This document shows, piece after piece, positions 60,201 to 64,000 of a stretch of DNA of 64,000 bases. Both the position numbers and the translations under genes were made by a program. Numbering within the stretch: the first letter of the stretch is position 1; each line of letters opens with the position of its first letter. The notes beneath the pieces were generated by a model that worked only from the letters and a program-made list of their open reading frames with translations, searched no databases and had not been told where the DNA came from. Location of the stretch: contig NW_024704743.1 of assembly GCF_018977255.1 (NCBI RefSeq), positions 97,156,001-97,220,000 on the forward strand. Reading direction: 5' to 3'. The stretch is from Callorhinchus milii (Eukaryota).

Positions 60201-62871
60201 GTTTTCAGCTGTTAAGTTTTGACGTTGAACAACAAATTGCAATCAAAGACCTGAGCTGAGCTGGGGTTGGATACAAGAGGGGTGGGAACCAAGGGGGGAG
60301 GGTTGGCTCCAGTGTGTGCAGAGCAGAGGGAAAGGGTGGGTTGGTAAGATTTTAGAAGATCAGAAAGGTAGGGTGGTCAACAATGGGAAGGGCTTTAAAA
60401 GAGAGAGCAAGGATCTTGAACTCAATCCTTTGGGGATAGGGTCCTAATTTTGGCTCACAGAACCTGCAGGAGAGGACACGAGCAGAATAATTTTGAATAG
60501 TATGTAGCTTGTGGAGGGAAGATTTGCAAAGATCGGCAAGCAGAGATTTGGCAAAGTCCAGTCTTGAAGTGTTAAAAGCGGGTAAAGGTCTCAGCTACCT
60601 GAGGGGAAAGATAGTGGCGGAGGCGGGAAACGTTGCGAAGGTGGGGAAAAACAGAAACAGTTGTGAAGGAGAGTGACTGAGGCGGTAAAGTTGTTGTGAG
60701 AAGAGGGCCAGAGAAAATCAGAGCAGATGTAAGGGAGAGGAGGGTAATCTTTTTCCTGCCATTACAAGTTACTGTTGTTAATTTGATCATTACAAAAAAT
60801 TATGAAGTCTACAATGAGATTTTTAGTTTAACCTTGCATTACTTCTGTAAATGAAATATGGCTCATTTTAGCATCAGTTAATGCCTTATCTTGAGATAAT
60901 CAATCTCAGGAATGCATAACCGAAACTTACATTTCCCTTTTCTATATTTGAGCATGTTGTATAGTGAAGTTACCAATTCTAGAATAGACTAGAACCCTGC
61001 AGTGAATGCAGGCTTGGATATTGAATTCAGAAAATAAATGAAACAATTCCTGACTCAATGGGAAGTGTAAAAAGATGGATGCAGCACCAGGGGCAGGAAA
61101 GGGAATAATATGCAGCAGCCTAAATAGGATGACTATCACTGGATACCTTGCTGGATGTCCTGGCATTCTGAGAGTTAAATAACTACAATAGAATGCTCTC
61201 TATCTCTGTACAGCAATTATACACATATCTGTTTATTTGCATTGAACTCCAATGCAGATGCTACAGTGTTGTGAAAAAAAATCTGGTTATGTCCATGTGT
61301 GAAGTTCCACAGATGTGCATGAGGTTGCTATTGTTGCGAATGGTGCTTCTTAGTAGACTTGACCGACTGTGCATGACTTTGTGTGTACAACCAGATTAAT
61401 TTTGCTGTAGTGAAGGCAAGTTTATATATTTACAGTAATTTTATAGCTTAGATCAAGAGAGGGAGATATTCATATACTGTATATATATATCTATGCTAAT
61501 AAAACAACAATGTCTGTCTGCGCTTCAAGAAGGATCTCAATAACCGATTGACGTAGAGACATGATTTATCCCTCATTGAAAAGGTCTTCCATCTGGGAGT
61601 GACATGGGCACATTTGTTTTTGGGCATCTCCTATTGTTCATGAGTTATTTTCAGTTTTGCGTTTCTCACTGCAGTTACACCTGGTGGCCTCCGAGTCAAA
61701 GTGGTGCTGTGGTATCGTGCGTCACAGAGCATGTACATATCTATGCACACACTGCACTGACACCTGTTGGCTGCACCAGCTGACTGTGGCGCTGTGGCAT
61801 CCTGCGTCACAGAGCACGCACATAGACAAGCGACGGGAACAAAATAAAGAACGCAGACGAAGCTAAGCTGCAGCAACAACAACAAAATTACATTTTTAAA
61901 GCGCCGAGTCCTCCCACTGAGTCCTCCCAAAAGGTGTCCTCCCACAGGAGGCCTCCCAGCTGAGTCTAGATGAAGACGAAATGTCTGTTTGTGTGTCTGT
62001 CTGTGTGTCAATCCACATTCCATATTGGATCCTATGGTTGCAAGCGAAGCTACACAGCTAGTGTGTGTAAAGAGAGAGAGAGAGAGCGAGGCAGAGTGAG
62101 AGATAAAGAGTGGCAGAGAGATAATAGGGCCAGCCCATGCAGTACTACAGCAACAATACAGGTATAATTGCTGATGTAACAACTTTTTAGGCACTATAGC
62201 AAATTTATATTTTGCATGATGTCTAATTGTGCAGTCAGACGCTTTGCCTGTAATAATAATAATCCTTGCATTTGATATAGCGTTTTATCATGTCTCCAAG
62301 ATGTCTCAAAGCACTTCACAGAATATACTTTAAAGTGAATTGACTGTATATTTTGTGGGTGAAATGCGGCGACCAATTGCGCACAAATCTCAATTTAAAT
62401 CAATATAAATCTCAATTAAAACAAATTTTATCATGTTTGATACATTCGGACTAACCTCCTTGGGGGAAAGGTAAGTGGAGCCTCGTTGGAGCTGATTTGG
62501 CTCAAAGATGACATGCTTGGTAATGGAATTTTGGAATCGACTCAATCGTCTCAGTAGTCCCCTTCCCAAGCCAGGTGGGTCCGCAGTATTCCAGGGCACT
62601 GCTGATGACAGCAGAGTCAGCCTGGCTTATCAGCAGGACTTGGAGTAGCAGAGCAGTCATGTTATCTCTATGCTAATAAAGTTTGTTGCTGTTTTCCTCA
62701 ATGTTTATCATCGAGATCCTCACATTTTGACTTTAATTGATTCTGACAGTTTTGGACTAGTTATATATTTTACTACTGTTTCTCTCTCTCTCTCTTAGCT
62801 TCTTGCTTGGTGCACTCGGAGAAGCCTTGTTTGTTTATGCTAAGAGAAGTGGAGCATTAGTAAAAGGATGA
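3195..62871 (+). CDS. TMEM241: TMEM241/SLC35D4 transmembrane nucleotide-sugar transporter-like protein, 5'-partial (14 coding exons; first coding exon not found in window)
   Basis: Manual join 3195-3241,3349-3429,4539-4620,7691-7768,10571-10596,14778-14829,17837-17885,22146-22191,23210-23245,25632-25666,27849-27918,29744-29837,49438-49502,62799-62871 = 834 nt, open, all GT-AG. It gives [18 protein letters not shown]...[10 protein letters not shown]...[19 protein letters not shown]...[24 protein letters not shown], collinear with human TMEM241 as recalled. Confidence 0.96.
3349..3429 (+). CDS. TMEM241: TMEM241 exon 3: [26 protein letters not shown](W)
   Basis: cttttcag / gtaagg; phase 2 to 2; follows a 107-nt intron. 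Confidence 0.95.
4539..4620 (+). CDS. TMEM241: TMEM241 exon 4: [27 protein letters not shown]
   Basis: tttgatag / gtaagg; conserved [14 protein letters not shown]. Confidence 0.95.
6585..7240 (-). mobile_element. Old L2 3' fragment
   Basis: rc [24 protein letters not shown] plus decayed (ttg)n tail. Confidence 0.75.
7691..7768 (+). CDS. TMEM241: TMEM241 exon 5: [26 protein letters not shown]
   Basis: cttgcag / gtatgg; phase 0-0; matches IPxFLxxHNVxE. Confidence 0.94.
8298..9742 (+). mobile_element. 5'-truncated L2 LINE (RT core to 3' tail), frameshifted
   Basis: [38 protein letters not shown]; tail ends tgtaattttgttgttg. Confidence 0.93.
10571..10596 (+). CDS. TMEM241: TMEM241 exon 6 (26 nt): KWSFMKFL(S)
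   Basis: ttttacacag / gtaagt; supplies the correct length and phase between exons 5 and 7 (human KTSPAKICS). Confidence 0.88.
12113..12780 (-). mobile_element. L2 3' fragment, second tail subfamily (gagacgttaccctgcgtggagggtgc)
   Basis: rc [38 protein letters not shown]; (caa)n at 12113. Confidence 0.88.
13787..14245 (+). mobile_element. Old Deu-domain SINE (AmnSINE1/SacSINE1-like), near full length; related copies at about 5634-5722, 22640-23055, 25807-26055, 45538-45932, 57717-58145 (+) and 26933-27070, 50040-50440 (-)
   Basis: tRNA-like head ggttcaagcccca, ctgacacttcagtgcagtactga, caggtggatgttaaagatcccatggcact and tgctgtgcacaaattg, shared among the copies. Confidence 0.75.
14778..14829 (+). 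CDS. TMEM241: TMEM241 exon 7: [17 protein letters not shown]
   Basis: ccctttag / gtaagt; CLPxND motif. Confidence 0.94.
14925..15790 (+). mobile_element. Highly decayed L2 fragment
   Basis: tatatgcttcctcttggtgacatc, cattggctccc, tail gatgtgaaaggggtgctatgtaatgaagttgtt. Confidence 0.65.
16335..16576 (+). mobile_element. L2 3' end fragment (second tail subfamily)
   Basis: ctgaagaccttcctattcg; tail cttgcgtgaggggtgctatg...ttgttattg. Confidence 0.75.
16736..17390 (-). mobile_element. Non-autonomous Tc1/mariner pogo/Tigger-type DNA transposon
   Basis: TA|CAGTCAAACCTGTTTTCAGCAACCA ... TGGTTGCTTTAACAAGTTGAATG|TA: imperfect TIRs with TA on both sides; minus strand ends [12 protein letters not shown] (16979-16941). 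Confidence 0.75.
17837..17885 (+). CDS. TMEM241: TMEM241 exon 8: [16 protein letters not shown](G)
   Basis: tgtttcag / gtgagt; GYFWAxIH motif. Confidence 0.95.
18787..20852. mobile_element. Long-TIR (fold-back/MITE-like) DNA element interrupted by an L2
   Basis: 18787-18930 is the reverse complement of about 20705-20852 (TCAGAGAATCAAAACCAGAGTTCC...GCACCCT...); no TSD resolved. Confidence 0.7.
19023..20612 (-). mobile_element. Young 5'-truncated L2 LINE with RT core
   Basis: [35 protein letters not shown] in ORF 19131-20327; frameshifts present; (caa)n tail at 19023. Confidence 0.95.
21147..21362 (+). mobile_element. Young Deu-domain SINE, 5'-truncated
   Basis: ctgtttgtgggacattgctgtg...ttggctgccgcg, L2-type tail, (tta)n. 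Confidence 0.9.
21415..21788 (+). mobile_element. Full-length tRNA-derived SINE, long variant with an extra ~65-bp internal segment
   Basis: A box TAGCTCAGTG, B box GGTTCAATTCC, extra ctgtttacctagcagtaagtagg... segment, (tta)n tail. Confidence 0.9.
21937..22104 (-). mobile_element. SINE 3' half, inverted relative to the two upstream SINEs
   Basis: taataatccttgcatttgatgtagcg...cccacaaacagtcgt. Confidence 0.85.
22146..22191 (+). CDS. TMEM241: TMEM241 exon 9: [14 protein letters not shown](S)
   Basis: tgttgcag / gtaact; phase 1 to 2 fits neighbours. Confidence 0.9.
23210..23245 (+). CDS. TMEM241: TMEM241 exon 10: [11 protein letters not shown](S)
   Basis: cctttcag / gtaaac; QQYLNY motif. Confidence 0.94.
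24263..24770 (+). mobile_element. L2 3' fragment
   Basis: [18 protein letters not shown]...SFKAGLKT. Confidence 0.88.
25632..25666 (+). CDS. TMEM241: TMEM241 exon 11: [11 protein letters not shown](G)
   Basis: aattacag / gtaaat; matches [10 protein letters not shown]. Confidence 0.94.
27111..27255. repeat. Degenerate minisatellite, ~55-60-bp unit, ~2.5 copies
   Basis: Repeated tacactagttacactagttata.agcag..tgtgg.gatttcacta. Confidence 0.7.
27849..27918 (+). CDS. TMEM241: TMEM241 exon 12: [22 protein letters not shown](S)
   Basis: ccttttag / gtaatg; highly conserved [12 protein letters not shown]. Confidence 0.96.
29744..29837 (+). CDS. TMEM241: TMEM241 exon 13: [31 protein letters not shown]
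   Basis: tattttag / gtatgg. Confidence 0.94.
31182..31675 (-). mobile_element. L2 3' fragment
   Basis: rc [28 protein letters not shown]...[11 protein letters not shown]. Confidence 0.9.
31738..31790. mobile_element. Isolated terminus of the same pogo/Tigger-type element
   Basis: TA|CAGTCAAACCTGTTCAGCAACCAC matches 16736-16761; partner TIR not found. Confidence 0.6.
32491..32758 (+). mobile_element. Young SINE, 5'-truncated, inserted into a short L2 fragment (about 32375-32780)
   Basis: L2 sequence ccttcctac|...|tctgtgacctgctaacc is continuous across the SINE. Confidence 0.88.
32800..33177 (+). mobile_element. Second CR1-type 3' fragment, opposite orientation
   Basis: accagaggacacagc (TRGHS), ttcagtgagcgaatagtgaacctgtggaac ([10 protein letters not shown]), tail ttcttaggttcttatgtt. 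Confidence 0.75.
33262..33573 (+). mobile_element. Full-length young tRNA-Ala-derived Deu-domain SINE
   Basis: GGAGTCCTGTAGCTCAGTGGTTAGAGC head, TGC anticodon loop, B box, Deu-like core, L2-type tail. Confidence 0.93.
34874..35124 (+). mobile_element. SINE long variant, 5'-truncated
   Basis: Starts in the tgtttacctagcagtaag segment; tail gagacgtctcgaagacgtg...(tta)n. Confidence 0.88.
35165..35540 (-). mobile_element. Ancient AmnSINE2-like SINE; related copies at about 7245-7400, 14390-14630, 59900-60115 (+)
   Basis: rc ggtctgggctgagttagctgattt...gggctcagctc...ggtcaaatagctgcca...taggctcacacatg, resembling the AmnSINE2 consensus as recalled. Confidence 0.55.
38208..39098 (-). mobile_element. 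Young 5'-truncated L2, near-identical to the 19023 copy
   Basis: ORF 38316-39083 [18 protein letters not shown]...[16 protein letters not shown]; same 3' UTR as 19023-19910. Confidence 0.95.
39377..40381 (-). mobile_element. Penelope-like retroelement 3' portion: GIY-YIG endonuclease remnant, 3' UTR and pLTR with degenerate hammerhead
   Basis: [25 protein letters not shown]...EHLRSV...[SINE]...[35 protein letters not shown] (stop at 39723); hammerhead-like motif 39438-39478. Confidence 0.88.
39848..40166 (-). mobile_element. Young SINE inserted into the Penelope endonuclease ORF
   Basis: rc of the 33262 consensus; Penelope coding sequence continues on both sides. Confidence 0.93.
40518..41883 (-). 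mobile_element. 5'-truncated L2 with RT core
   Basis: [14 protein letters not shown]...[11 protein letters not shown]...YADDAQLY in ORF 41239-42000. Confidence 0.93.
43094..43399 (-). mobile_element. Full-length SINE (short variant, TAGAA-loop tail)
   Basis: rc GTAGAGTCCTGTAGCTCAGTGG...gagacatctagaatacgtg...(tta)n. Confidence 0.9.
43525..43676 (+). mobile_element. CR1 3' end fragment
   Basis: gatgggccgaatggcctccttctgtgctgtataattctatgattc, the reverse complement of the CR1 end at 32043. Confidence 0.85.
43770..44893 (+). mobile_element. 5'-truncated L2
   Basis: [30 protein letters not shown]; tail gacgtgaaaggc...ttgttg. Confidence 0.92.
46539..47254 (+). mobile_element. L2 3' fragment
   Basis: [21 protein letters not shown]...LHWLPI; (ttg)n tail. 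Confidence 0.92.
47414..47660 (-). mobile_element. SINE, 5'-truncated
   Basis: rc SINE body and (tta)n. Confidence 0.88.
49438..49502 (+). CDS. TMEM241: TMEM241 exon 14: [21 protein letters not shown](C)
   Basis: agtatag / gtgagt; 65 nt, phase 0 to 2, same length as the human IITAGLSILLFDAILTSATTGC segment; preceded by a 19.6-kb intron. Confidence 0.88.
50630..50830 (-). mobile_element. Ancient LF-SINE-like fragment; related piece at about 13330-13445
   Basis: rc gggttgaggcaccatgtagcagcagagtagagggagctgcactctg...ccgtgctgcacctg resembles the LF-SINE 3' half as recalled. Confidence 0.5.
54405..54509 (+). mobile_element. SINE 3' tail fragment
   Basis: gaagcgctttgagacgtctcaaagacgtgaaaag...ggattattattg. 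Confidence 0.85.
57238..57556 (-). mobile_element. Full-length young SINE
   Basis: rc of the 33262 consensus, head GTGGAGTCCTGTAGCTCAG. Confidence 0.93.
59698..59870 (-). mobile_element. SINE 3' half
   Basis: rc Deu-like core and tail. Confidence 0.85.
60250..60645 (-). mobile_element. Old L2 3' fragment
   Basis: rc [22 protein letters not shown]; aggattgagttcaagatcctt. Confidence 0.75.
61490..62061 (+). mobile_element. Non-autonomous Helitron-like (rolling-circle) element, 572 bp
   Basis: A|TCTATGCTAATAAAA start; ends GTTGC-AAGCGAA-GCTAC-ACAG-CTAG|T (subterminal hairpin, CTAG, inserted between A and T, no TSD). Confidence 0.65.
62250..62385 (-). mobile_element. SINE 3' fragment
   Basis: taataataatccttgcatttgatatagcg...caattgcgcaca. 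Confidence 0.85.
62799..62871 (+). CDS. TMEM241: TMEM241 last coding exon: [23 protein letters not shown]
   Basis: (tc)n-ttag acceptor; LLGALGEAL motif; TGA at 62869-62871. Confidence 0.95.
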
Positions 62872-63390
62872 ACGTGAAGACAAGACAGATGCTGCAAAAC
62901 ACCTGCGACATCGTAATTGTATCACTTTCCCTCATTCCGTGAGATCAGTGAGAAAGGAAATGACACGTGGATGGCAAATGGAGCAACAATGTTTTTTCTC
63001 CCTTTTTTGCCATGTTTCTATAAATATATTTGAATGAGGGAAGTATAAATGGTGATTAAGACTTGATTTTACCATAAAGCCTTGGGCAACATGTATTTAC
63101 TGTCCCACGTGAGAACCCAGAGAGGAAAACAAAGCATTGTGCCTCATGACAGTTGTCTGTGTGAACCACTGATTACTGTACCTTCTCAAGGAAAGAATAG
63201 GATTCTCAAGTCAGTCGACAGCAGAACAGGAAACACTTTGCTCTCCCAATCTGATTAAACCACAGAATTTACTGTGAACAATGAAGTCATAACATTTGAG
63301 AGATCATTTGGACTATTTTTCCCCATGAGTAAATATGAGTTTCTGCCTGCTCTAAGGTAACTGGCTGGAATAGTAACTCTTTGCAACATG

Positions 63391-63718
63391 TAATAATAAT
63401 AATAATAATCCTTGCATTTGATGTAGCGCTTTTCACGTCAGGAAGACGTCCCAAAGCGCTTCACAGAACACACTGTAAAGTGAATTGACTGTATATTTGT
63501 GGGCGAACGCGGCAGCCAATTGCGCACAACAATGTCCCACAAACAGTCGTAGATTGAAAATGACCAATTTATTATTGGTTTTGGTTTTTTGGAGGGATTA
63601 TTATTAGGCGTGTGGAGTAAGGAAACTTGCCCAAGGTTTCGCCCTGACTGCCTGGAATTGAACTCAGGTATCTCGCTTGCAAAGCGAGTGCTCTAACCAC
63701 TGAGCTACAGGACTCCAC
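63391..63718 (-). mobile_element. Full-length young SINE about 520 nt downstream of the TMEM241 stop codon
   Basis: rc of the 33262 consensus with intact A/B boxes and TGC anticodon loop. Confidence 0.93.
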
Positions 63719-64000
63719 GTCCAATGTATATTCATTGCTGTGAAGCATTTTTTTAAAACAAGATTGAATTCAGATGGTGCATATCATATTAAATCTCAGA
63801 GATCTAGTGTGAGATGAGGAACATTTATAAATGTTTCTGTTTATTTATTTCAGTAAAAACTGATCATTCAGTTTCACCCACATTTTGTAATAATGTAGAA
63901 TAATAATCCTTACATTTGGTAAAGCTCCTTCCACATCGGGAGGATGACCAAAGCACTTCACAGGATATACTGTAAAGTGCAGTGACTGGTTTGTGGGTGA

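Noticed and set aside
61631..62194. 187-aa minus-strand ORF
   Set aside because: Runs across microsatellites, an L2 tail and the Helitron boundary; low-complexity product.
62667..62680. Second Helitron 5' end (tctatgctaataaa)
   Set aside because: Only a 14-nt AT-rich match, not preceded by A, with no continuing homology or 3' terminus.

Overview
Vertebrate genomic DNA from a cartilaginous fish. The L2/CR1/DeuSINE/Penelope repeat landscape suggests a chimaera such as Callorhinchus milii (inference). The window is almost entirely one + strand gene, TMEM241 (SLC35D4, nucleotide-sugar transporter-like). I traced 14 coding exons (3195-62871) by hand: all introns are GT-AG, phases are consistent, and the 834 nt encode 277 aa plus stop. 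The first coding exon (about 24 aa in human) was not found and probably lies upstream; positions 110-370 look promoter-proximal (ZNF143- and NRF1-type motifs in a degenerate repeat). The introns are packed with 5'-truncated L2 and CR1 LINEs, a young tRNA-Ala-derived Deu-domain SINE and older SINEs. Highlights: an intact minimal type I hammerhead ribozyme (828-868, minus strand) of the same family as the terminus of a Penelope-like GIY-YIG element at 39377-40381; a complete non-autonomous Helitron-like element (61490-62061); a pogo/Tigger derivative retaining a PIP box; an unclassified long-TIR element; a tiny palindromic element; SINE tails whose 3' stem-loop matches the young L2; and several near-perfect hairpins. 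No prokaryotic system, CRISPR array or intact autonomous transposon was seen. Family names and homologies come from recalled consensus sequences, not database searches, and TE boundaries are approximate.
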